Shown piece after piece: positions 7,588 to 15,280 of a DNA stretch of 19,369 nucleotides. Within the stretch, counting starts at the first letter, position 1; the number at the start of each line of letters is the position of its first letter. Source of the DNA: an uncultured Erysipelotrichaceae bacterium. Lineage in GTDB: Bacteria; Bacillota_I; Bacilli_A; Erysipelotrichales; Erysipelotrichaceae. A program made the position numbers and the translations under genes. The DNA lies in contig CAYWGS010000021.1 of NCBI GenBank assembly GCA_964457525.1, forward strand, positions 1 to 19,369, written 5' to 3'. Below the pieces are notes generated by a model that was not told the DNA's origin, did not search any database, and worked only from the letters and a program-made list of their open reading frames with translations.

Positions 7588-8466
7588 ATGCAAAACTCTA
7601 TTAAATTAACAAACGTACCTTTAAAAAAATATAACACCTTACAACTCGAATCCACTGCGGAAGTCGTGTATTTTCCTTTAAACAAAGAAGGCTTGATTGA
7701 AATCTTGAATGAAACCAAAGATTTAAGACGAATCATACTTGGTAAAGGAAGTAATATCTTACTAAAAAGAGAACATTATCCTGCAGATACTATTTTCATC
7801 ATTACCCAACTAATGGACAATATTCAAATTGAAAATGATGAAATTGTCTGTGAAGCAGGGGTAAGCCTATCCAATTTAGCTTGGTTTGCGATTGAGCATT
7901 CCATTGAAGGTTATGCTTTTGCGGAAGATATTCCTGGCACAGTAGGTGGAGCGTTGATCATGAATGCGGGTCAATATGAATTCACCATTGGGCAATATGT
8001 CAATTGGGTAGATGTATACAATACTGAAACCAACCAAGTTAAACGAATCATTCCAGAAGAAGGATTCTTTACCTATCGTCATGCGAAATTCTTGGAAACA
8101 GAAATTGTATTATCCTGTGGATTAAAGAATCAGGGTGGTGATGATTTAGAAAATTTAGAAAAAGTATTGAACTATAAACGTGAGCGCTATCGCAAACAAC
8201 CGCGAAACTATCCGAATGCAGGATCTGTATTTAAGCGTCCTAAGAAAGATGGTGAATGGTTATTTGTTTGGAAGTTATTTGAAGCCTGTGAATTACGTGG
8301 CAAACGTGTTGGTGGAGCTGAACTATCATTCAAACACCCAGGTTTTATCGTAAATGTCGATCATGCGACAACAAAAGATGTTTTCGATTTGATTGAACTT
8401 TGTAAAACAAGTGTTAAAAACATGTTTGATGTGGATTTAGAACTGGAGTGGAAAGTCATTGAATAA
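7588..8466 (+). CDS. murB: UDP-N-acetylenolpyruvoylglucosamine reductase
   Basis: FAD-binding GKGSNILL, PGTVGGALIMNAG and the type II MurB motif NAGSVFKRP. Full-length architecture of about 290 aa. Confidence 0.9.
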   Translation: MQNSIKLTNVPLKKYNTLQLESTAEVVYFPLNKEGLIEILNETKDLRRIILGKGSNILLKREHYPADTIFIITQLMDNIQIENDEIVCEAGVSLSNLAWFAIEHSIEGYAFAEDIPGTVGGALIMNAGQYEFTIGQYVNWVDVYNTETNQVKRIIPEEGFFTYRHAKFLETEIVLSCGLKNQGGDDLENLEKVLNYKRERYRKQPRNYPNAGSVFKRPKKDGEWLFVWKLFEACELRGKRVGGAELSFKHPGFIVNVDHATTKDVFDLIELCKTSVKNMFDVDLELEWKVIE

Positions 8467-9706
8467 ATATATATTAATTGGGGTCAGAGAAAAACTAAAC
8501 TTGGACTTTGATAGTTCAATGTTAGAAACAGAGCGATTAATGGAAGCTTCTGATTTAGAAGTTGTATTTAGGATGGAACAAACTTCCCTTAACAACAATC
8601 CTTTCTATTTTAAGAAAGGTAAATTAGATGAACTAAAATCCGCAATCCTTCAATTAGAGGCAGATGGGATTGTATGCAATGATGCACTTAGTCCATCGCA
8701 ATATCGTAATCTATCTGAATACTTAGAGACGAATGTAATTGATCGAACCCAATTAATATTAGAAATATTTGAAAAACGAGCAAAACAAAAAGAATCAAAA
8801 CTACAAGTAGAAGTTGCTCGATTAAACTACATGTTACCGCGTGTTAAACTCAACCATCACTCATCTGGTCGTGAACAAGGCGGTGGTGTACGAAATCGTG
8901 GTAGTGGTGAACAAGCGCTAGCACTTCGTCAGAGAACGATGATAAGGGCACTTCAAAAAGCCGAACTGGAACTCAGTTTAATTGAAAAACAGCGTCAGAT
9001 TCAACGAAATAAGCGAAATAAGAACGATACTTTTACCATCGCACTCGTAGGCTATACCAATGCAGGCAAAAGTTCCTTATTAAACTGGTTTATGGACCAT
9101 TATTCAAGTCCATATAAGAAAGTCAGTGCCCATGATCGATTGTTTGAAAGTTTAGAACCCTCATCACGATTAATTGAATTGGATGGATATCCAATCATCC
9201 TCATCGATACCGTTGGATTTGTCAGTCGATTACCCCATCATTTAGTTAAAGCATTTCGTTCAACACTAGAAATCGTACAAGAAGCAGACCTCATCTTACA
9301 TGTCTTAGATGGTTCAAGTGAGAATATGGAAGGTGAGCGAGACGTTACCTTACAAACATTAAGGGATTTAAATTGTGAGTCAATTCCACGGCTTGAGATT
9401 ATGAATAAAAAAGATCTTAAAGAAAGAGAAGGTCTTAACATCAGTATTACTCAAGAATTGAACATGGATATCTTACTTAATGAAATCATCAAACAGATTC
9501 GAACGAATCGACCAATCACTGAATTACTAATTCCGTACGATGAAGTTCAAGTTCTTGAACACATCAAGAAAATGTATACAATCCAATCCATCTTTGAAGA
9601 TGAAGAAGGCTATCGAATTCAATTAACCTATGTAAAACAGCTCAATAAACAACTTAAGAGCTATGAAAGGAAAGCGTATGATCATCAGCACAACACCAAG
9701 CATTGA
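8459..9706 (+). CDS. hflX: GTPase HflX
   Basis: N-terminal HflX domain (ILIGV...), then a glycine-rich linker. G-domain motifs are [12 protein letters not shown] (G1), DTVGF (G3) and NKKD (G4). Start is TTG at 8459 with GGAG at 8445-8448, overlapping the murB stop by 8 nt. Confidence 0.9.
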   Translation: MNKYILIGVREKLNLDFDSSMLETERLMEASDLEVVFRMEQTSLNNNPFYFKKGKLDELKSAILQLEADGIVCNDALSPSQYRNLSEYLETNVIDRTQLILEIFEKRAKQKESKLQVEVARLNYMLPRVKLNHHSSGREQGGGVRNRGSGEQALALRQRTMIRALQKAELELSLIEKQRQIQRNKRNKNDTFTIALVGYTNAGKSSLLNWFMDHYSSPYKKVSAHDRLFESLEPSSRLIELDGYPIILIDTVGFVSRLPHHLVKAFRSTLEIVQEADLILHVLDGSSENMEGERDVTLQTLRDLNCESIPRLEIMNKKDLKEREGLNISITQELNMDILLNEIIKQIRTNRPITELLIPYDEVQVLEHIKKMYTIQSIFEDEEGYRIQLTYVKQLNKQLKSYERKAYDHQHNTKH

Positions 9707-10001
9707 AGGAAAAAGAATCATTGAATATAAAGGAATCGTAGTTGGAGAAGTTATCTCTGGTGTAGACTTTGTAAAAGACTTTGCGGCAGGATTAACCAAT
9801 TTCTTTGGTGGTCGTTCTGGTTCATATGAAAGTGAACTCATTGAAGCCCGTGAAACTGCAATAAAAGAAATGCAATCGAGAGCACTTGCGCTAGGGGCAA
9901 ATGCAGTTGTAGGTGTTGATATTGATTATGAAGTATTAGGGCAAGCGAATAATATGTTAATGGTTACTGTAAGTGGTACAGCTGTCGTCATCGAAAGATA
10001 A
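9678..10001 (+). CDS. YbjQ family protein (UPF0145)
   Basis: [14 protein letters not shown]...GIVVGE...GGRSGSYE...A...M...[15 protein letters not shown] is the canonical YbjQ family pattern. AAAGGAAAG precedes ATG 9678, and the ORF-track start at 9663 adds an atypical extension. Confidence 0.88.
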   Translation: MIISTTPSIEGKRIIEYKGIVVGEVISGVDFVKDFAAGLTNFFGGRSGSYESELIEARETAIKEMQSRALALGANAVVGVDIDYEVLGQANNMLMVTVSGTAVVIER

Positions 10002-10002
10002 T

Positions 10003-11112
10003 ATGATTTACTTTGATTATAGTGCTACGACACCCATCCATCCTGAAGTTCTTGAAACTTATGCTTACTATGAGCGTGAGTTTTTTGCCAATGCGAACTC
10101 AAGTCATGCATTAGGCATTAAAGCACAGGCAGTTATTGATGAACAGATACAAAAGATTGCGAAAATCCTTCATGTTAAGCCACAAGAAGTGATTATCACT
10201 TCATCCGCAGTCGAATCAAACAATACCGTATTAAAAGGTGTCGCATTAAAGTATCCCAATAAAAAACATATCATTACCTCTTCCATAGAACATGCGTCAG
10301 TCATAGGAGCACTCTCATTCTTGGAATCTCTGGGATATGAACTAGATTTTGTGGATCTCGATGAAAATGGACGATTCGATTTAAATCATCTTGAACATTT
10401 ACTTAGAGAAGATACACTGATTGTCTCTTTGATTGCGGTTGATAGTGAAACAGGCATACGTCAACCCATTGAAGAAGTTGGTAAACTCTGTCATAAACAT
10501 CATGTTCTATTTCATAGTGATATTACTCAAGCTGTGGGTAAATCAAACTTTGATTTAAGTGATGTGGATTACGCTTCTTTCTCAGGACATAAGATTTATG
10601 GCCCTAAAGGAATTGGTGGACTCATAAAAAAAGAGAATGCTGGACTTATTCCACTCTTACATGGAGGTCATAGTATTACCGCCTATCGTGCAAGTACACC
10701 ACAAACTGCTTTAGTCTGTGCTTTAGCGAAAGCAATAGAAATATCATCAAACACCTATCAAGAACGATTTGAATATGTCTCTAAACTAAAAGAGTATTTG
10801 ATTGAAAAGGTTGAAAAGATGAATCGTATTGTGATTAATTCAAATCATTATTCTATCCCTTTTATCGTGAATATGAGTATACTTGATACAAGACCTGAAG
10901 AAATACTTGAAGTATTCTCTCAAAATGATATTTATCTCAGTTCGAAAAGTGCGTGTAGTGGTCAAGAAGAATTCTCAAACTCTGTCTATGCCATCACTAA
11001 AGATGAACAAAGAGCGAAGAGTTCTTATCGAATCAGTTTATCCCATTTAAGCACGTATGAAGAAATTGATGCGCTTGTGCGTGTGATTGAAAGGATTGTA
11101 TATGAAAGTTAA
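10003..11112 (+). CDS. Cysteine desulfurase, class V aminotransferase (NifS/IscS/YrvO type)
   Basis: N-terminal IYFDYSATTP, PLP-lysine motif SGHKIYGPKGIGG and catalytic-loop cysteine SSKSACSG. ATG 10003 follows the ybjQ-like stop by 1 nt; the ORF-track start at 9973 is inside the preceding gene. Confidence 0.9.
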   Translation: MIYFDYSATTPIHPEVLETYAYYEREFFANANSSHALGIKAQAVIDEQIQKIAKILHVKPQEVIITSSAVESNNTVLKGVALKYPNKKHIITSSIEHASVIGALSFLESLGYELDFVDLDENGRFDLNHLEHLLREDTLIVSLIAVDSETGIRQPIEEVGKLCHKHHVLFHSDITQAVGKSNFDLSDVDYASFSGHKIYGPKGIGGLIKKENAGLIPLLHGGHSITAYRASTPQTALVCALAKAIEISSNTYQERFEYVSKLKEYLIEKVEKMNRIVINSNHYSIPFIVNMSILDTRPEEILEVFSQNDIYLSSKSACSGQEEFSNSVYAITKDEQRAKSSYRISLSHLSTYEEIDALVRVIERIVYES

Positions 11113-11359
11113 AGTATTAACCGCCGCTTGGTGTCATGCTTGTTTATTGATGAAGAAGCGGATTAAAGAATTCCAGAAAACACATGATATTGCGTTTGAA
11201 TTCATTGATATCGATTTTGATGAAGAAAAGTGCAAAGGTCTTGAAATAGGTAAAGTATTACCCGTATATTTCGTATATGAGAATGACCAACTAATCAAAC
11301 GATTTGTAGGGGAAAAGTCTCTGGATGAATTAGAAAAGGAAATCACGCATGCGATTTAA
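11102..11359 (+). CDS. Small cytoplasmic thioredoxin-fold protein (CxxC = WCHAC)
   Basis: 85 aa with a minimal Trx-fold pattern: beta strand KVKVLTA, WCHAC at a helix start, a likely cis-Pro in VLPVYFV, and a terminal helix. No signal peptide. ATG 11102 is preceded by AAAGGA and overlaps the desulfurase stop by 11 nt. Confidence 0.7.
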   Translation: MKVKVLTAAWCHACLLMKKRIKEFQKTHDIAFEFIDIDFDEEKCKGLEIGKVLPVYFVYENDQLIKRFVGEKSLDELEKEITHAI

Positions 11360-12536
11360 GATAACCCTATTATTAAGTATTCTATTCGTCTTACTTGGCG
11401 TTACAAATGTATCTGCTGAAAACCGAGAAGTTAATCTCTATTACTTTCATGCGGAAGGGTGTTCAACTTGTGCACTTGAAACGAAGTATCTCGAAGAGTT
11501 AATTCAAAAAGATACGAGTCTTGTTTTACATAAGTATGAGATTGCTTTTGATCAAGAAAATCAAAAGTTATCAAAAGATATTGGAGAACTACTCAATCAA
11601 CCGATTAATAGTACACCAACTCTCATTATTGGTCGTGAAGTCATCGTTGGATTTAAAGAAGGATCTACAGAAAAAACAATTGAAGAAGCCATTGACTTTG
11701 TTCGTACAAGTAACGTACGCGATGTCGTTGGTGAAATGTTAGGTATTGTAGAACCAGGTCAAGGTGTCGATATTATTAATGAGAATTCTACGGTCAATCT
11801 TCCATTCTTTGGAGAGGTCGATGCGAAGAGTATCTCACTTCCATTATTGGCGATTGTTTTAGGTGGTATCGATGGATTTAATCCATGTGCGATGTGGGTA
11901 TTATTACTGTTAATCAGTATGTTATTCCATCTAGAGGAACAGTGGAAGAAATGGTTCTTAGGTGGATTGTTCCTACTGACCAGTGCTGTTATGTATTTCT
12001 TCTTCATGTTAAGTTGGTTAAATATTACGATTCTATTTGGAACACTTATATACATTCGATGGTTAATCGGTGGAATTAGTATTGGTGGTGGTGTGTTTAA
12101 CATTCGTCGCTATACACAGATGGAACCTGGATGCGAAGTCGTCGATGAATCCAAACGTTTAAAGATTCGTGATCGATTAAAAGCCATCTACTCACAACCC
12201 GTATTTGCACTAGCAGCTGTTGGGATTGTCGTATTGGCGGTATCTGTTAACTTAGTCGAACTTATTTGTTCTGCTGGATTACCAGTATTGTTTACTCAAA
12301 TCCTAACATTGAACGATTTAAGTAATACGCAATACATTCTTTATTTACTCCTATACCTAACCATGTTTATGATTGATGATATCATCGTGTTTGTAATTGC
12401 GATGAAGACTGCAGAAATCACTGGTATATCTACTAAGTATGCACGTAATGCACATCTTATTGGTGGAATCCTCATGATTCTCTTAGGCTTACTCATGATC
12501 TTCAAACCTGCATGGTTGATGTTAAACTTTGGATAA
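11349..12536 (+). CDS. Exported thioredoxin/glutaredoxin-like domain (CSTC) fused to a 6-TM CcdA/DsbD-superfamily-like membrane domain
   Basis: Signal peptide MRFKITLLLSILFVLLGVTNVSA, then a Trx-like domain (YYFHAEGCSTC ... STPTLIIG). Six predicted TM helices follow, with Cys-Pro-type motifs in the first (DGFNPCAMWV) and fourth (LICSAGLP), which is the pseudo-symmetric arrangement known from CcdA/DsbD. Overlaps the preceding gene by 11 nt. Confidence 0.6.
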   Translation: MRFKITLLLSILFVLLGVTNVSAENREVNLYYFHAEGCSTCALETKYLEELIQKDTSLVLHKYEIAFDQENQKLSKDIGELLNQPINSTPTLIIGREVIVGFKEGSTEKTIEEAIDFVRTSNVRDVVGEMLGIVEPGQGVDIINENSTVNLPFFGEVDAKSISLPLLAIVLGGIDGFNPCAMWVLLLLISMLFHLEEQWKKWFLGGLFLLTSAVMYFFFMLSWLNITILFGTLIYIRWLIGGISIGGGVFNIRRYTQMEPGCEVVDESKRLKIRDRLKAIYSQPVFALAAVGIVVLAVSVNLVELICSAGLPVLFTQILTLNDLSNTQYILYLLLYLTMFMIDDIIVFVIAMKTAEITGISTKYARNAHLIGGILMILLGLLMIFKPAWLMLNFG

Positions 12537-12575
12537 AAAATAGACTCTTAGAAATTTCTAAGAGTCTTTTATTTA
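12537..12575. terminator. Bidirectional rho-independent terminator between convergent operons
   Basis: Perfect palindrome AGACTCTTAGAAA/TTTCTAAGAGTCT at 12542-12567, flanked by AAAAAA on the left and TTTTATTT on the right, so it gives a U-tract on both strands. Confidence 0.85.
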
Positions 12576-14222
12576 TACTTCTAAATCATGTAACTTCTTA
12601 ATACTTAACTTATGGGTATATTGTACAATCCAAACATCGAGTACAACTAATAGAGCTAAGAATACGATAACTGTACCAACAGTGTTAGGAATATAAGGGA
12701 TAAGGAAGAAGATACCAAACGATACTGCGAAACTTGGTAACATCGTGAATACAGAGTTAATATTGTTTTTAACTGCCGCAGTTTCTTGTTCCCACACAAG
12801 TTTAGGATGAATTAAATCCACAACCATACCTAAGTAGTTCATAAAGATCATTCCAAGTAATGAGGCGATAAACGCAAAGAATACTAAATGAAATTGAATC
12901 TTTAAGTAGAGCCAAGCAGGAATTAACATAAACAAGATACCAAGGAAACTAATTACAACACCACTTAATATTTTAGCTTGTATTTGCTTAACATAAGACA
13001 TTGGAATAAGCTTCATAAAGTAAATATTTGTACCTTCACGCGATAAGGCAGTCGTTGTAATGAGGTTCATCGTACTCATCATAATCCCTATAACAAACCC
13101 AGCAAACGTCACAATTAATAAGATACTACCACTCGACCAATCAATACTTTGTACTAATACGATTAACTCATCATCTGCACCGGCACCACTCATCATCGTT
13201 ACAATTAAGATAATTGGAATAAGGAAGACTGTTGATATGTTATTTAACAAATAAATAGGTGTACGAATCATCAACTTCATTTCTTTGATGAAATAACTAA
13301 AGATACTTCCCTTAGAACTGGTAATTTTATTGTAAGCCTTTAGATTTAAGTTCTTACGAGATGCGGAAGTTTCATTTACTCCAATAACACCTCTGAAATA
13401 GATAAACTTACTTACAAGTACAAATAGGAATAAGATAATTGCAGTAATCACAAGATAAATCACAAAGTCAATCATATTCAAATTAACTAAAGCATTAATC
13501 GCGAATGGAACATTAGGGAAGGCAACTCGCATAATGCCTAACAAAGAGTTATTTCCATTGTTCAACATTTGAATCAAAGTATTCTGATCTAAGGTAGCAG
13601 TACCACCCATGACATAATTTAATCCAATCGCAAAGATTAAGGCTAAGAAACCACTGGCATAATTGAAGAAATCACGATTCTTGAAGAATGGAACAAACGC
13701 CATAATAACCATGATAATTAATCCAGCAAACGCAAGTGGCACAATCGATATCGTTAATAAGACAATCACGAACATGACATAGAATAGGATACTTGGCTGC
13801 ATGATACTGACATAACCAACGATAATCGGTGTTGAAATAACAAATATCGTTAGGAATTCATAAACCATTGAGATTGAGAACTTACTTAATACAATCGTAT
13901 CAGGACTTAGTGGAAGCGCTAATAAGGTTTCACTGTCCTTACTGAAGTAGTAAACCGCAGGAACCAAGAAGATTGCCATAAAGAAAATCAATGATGATAA
14001 AGCAAGTAGGAGTAGACTTATGATCAATCCTTCTTGTTGGATCGGTAATAATAGGAAGACTGCTTCACGAGCTAAGAATCCTAATGAAGCGATACTTGGA
14101 AGCGTTGCGATTCCAATAAACAATACAAACAGAATACGCTTTAAATTCTTTTTATCCTTTGTATCGACTACATTAAAGGTATTTTTTAGCATCGTTTTAA
14201 ATAAAACGAAGAACTTACTCAT
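12573..14222 (-). CDS. Fused (internally duplicated) ABC-2-type exporter permease, about 12 or more TM segments
   Basis: 549 aa and highly hydrophobic. Each half starts with an amphipathic segment (FKTMLKNTF / FIKEMKLMIRTP) and has an SKDSETLLALPLS / SREGTNIYFMKLIPMS motif after its first TM pair, as in ABC-2 permeases. There is an 8-nt overlap with the upstream ATPase gene. Confidence 0.7.
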   Translation of the reverse strand: MSKFFVLFKTMLKNTFNVVDTKDKKNLKRILFVLFIGIATLPSIASLGFLAREAVFLLLPIQQEGLIISLLLLALSSLIFFMAIFLVPAVYYFSKDSETLLALPLSPDTIVLSKFSISMVYEFLTIFVISTPIIVGYVSIMQPSILFYVMFVIVLLTISIVPLAFAGLIIMVIMAFVPFFKNRDFFNYASGFLALIFAIGLNYVMGGTATLDQNTLIQMLNNGNNSLLGIMRVAFPNVPFAINALVNLNMIDFVIYLVITAIILFLFVLVSKFIYFRGVIGVNETSASRKNLNLKAYNKITSSKGSIFSYFIKEMKLMIRTPIYLLNNISTVFLIPIILIVTMMSGAGADDELIVLVQSIDWSSGSILLIVTFAGFVIGIMMSTMNLITTTALSREGTNIYFMKLIPMSYVKQIQAKILSGVVISFLGILFMLIPAWLYLKIQFHLVFFAFIASLLGMIFMNYLGMVVDLIHPKLVWEQETAAVKNNINSVFTMLPSFAVSFGIFFLIPYIPNTVGTVIVFLALLVVLDVWIVQYTHKLSIKKLHDLEV

Positions 14223-14937
14223 GATGGGTTACCTTTAAGAAGATATCTTCAAGAGATAAACCAGGATATTGTGCTTTAAGAGCATCTAATGTTCCAAAAT
14301 AGAAAAGTTCACCCTTGTTTATAATCGCAACCTTACTGCACAATTTTTCCGCAACTTCTAAAACATGCGTTGAGAAGAATACTGTTTTATTTGAACCAAC
14401 ATGTTCACGCATCATCTCTTTAAGTGCATAAGCAGATTGAGGATCTAAACCAGTTAAAGGTTCATCAAGAATCCAAATATTCGGTGAATGAACCAAGACA
14501 CCCATCATCACAATCTTTTGTCGCATACCATGTGAGTAGGATAGGATGGTATCATTTAAAGCACTTGTCATTTGGAAGACATCCGCATAATGTGCGATAC
14601 GTTCACGTCTTAAGTCATCACTTACATCATAAATATCTGCCATGAAGTTTAAATATTCAATTCCTTTTAATCGTAAGAAGATATCAGGATTATCTGGCAC
14701 AAAACCAAATTGTCGTTTCGCTTCAATTGGATCGTGTTGGATATTAATACCATTTAGAAGAATTTCACCTTCATCTGGATTTAAGATCCCAGTCATCATT
14801 TTTAATGTCGTTGTTTTACCCGCTCCATTGGGACCAATGAATCCAATGATTTCACCATCTTCAACAGTCATGTTTAGGTGATTAACAGCTTTTACTTTTC
14901 CATTATAGGTCTTACTAATATTCTTAATTTCAATCAT
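14215..14937 (-). CDS. ABC transporter ATP-binding protein (ABC-2 / DrrA-EcsA-like subfamily)
   Basis: Walker A GPNGAGKTT, signature variant YSHGMRQK, Walker B WILDEPLTGLD and H-loop STHVLE. AGGAG lies 6 nt before the ATG. Confidence 0.92.
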   Translation of the reverse strand: MIEIKNISKTYNGKVKAVNHLNMTVEDGEIIGFIGPNGAGKTTTLKMMTGILNPDEGEILLNGINIQHDPIEAKRQFGFVPDNPDIFLRLKGIEYLNFMADIYDVSDDLRRERIAHYADVFQMTSALNDTILSYSHGMRQKIVMMGVLVHSPNIWILDEPLTGLDPQSAYALKEMMREHVGSNKTVFFSTHVLEVAEKLCSKVAIINKGELFYFGTLDALKAQYPGLSLEDIFLKVTHHE

Positions 14938-14946
14938 ATGTTTCTC

Positions 14947-15258
14947 CTATTGAATGAACAATGCTGCACCAATCGCAATCATCGTTACTACGGGTAATAC
15001 AGCACTCACAATAAAATTCTTAGCTGGAATAACATCTTCCGATGTGAATATGTTGTAGAGAGATAAAGCTCCATTAATACCAATTGCACCAAGTACCGCA
15101 ACCCATTTATCAGCATAACGATTTACACTTCCTGTCAAAGAGTATTGCATCGGTACTTTGTCGGGTAAAAATGGAAATAAAATTGCTAGTCCAATCACAA
15201 GCATAATAAAAATAATCGATAAGATTCTGATCTGTGTTTTTCGATCTAATTTTTCCAT
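14947..15258 (-). CDS. DUF1648-domain small membrane protein (SdpI N-terminal-like)
   Basis: 103 aa with 3 TM segments. LPDKVPMQYSLTGSVNRYADKW fits the DUF1648 pattern (LPD.(I/V)P.H.......D.......K) found at the N-terminus of SdpI-like proteins. No Shine-Dalgarno is visible upstream. Confidence 0.6.
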   Translation of the reverse strand: MEKLDRKTQIRILSIIFIMLVIGLAILFPFLPDKVPMQYSLTGSVNRYADKWVAVLGAIGINGALSLYNIFTSEDVIPAKNFIVSAVLPVVTMIAIGAALFIQ

Positions 15259-15280
15259 AAATTTAGTTTAGCACTATTAT

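Noticed and set aside
7876-9841. ORFs 7876-8082 (-), 9238-9441 (-) and 9623-9841 (-)
   Set aside because: They are antisense to murB, hflX and the YbjQ-family gene. They have no start context and no motifs.
11134-12103. ORFs 11134-11346 (-), 11521-11742 (+), 11759-12103 (-) and 11885-12079 (+)
   Set aside because: They are embedded in the mini-thioredoxin and Trx-CcdA-like genes. The main frames carry coherent domain and TM structure, while these do not.
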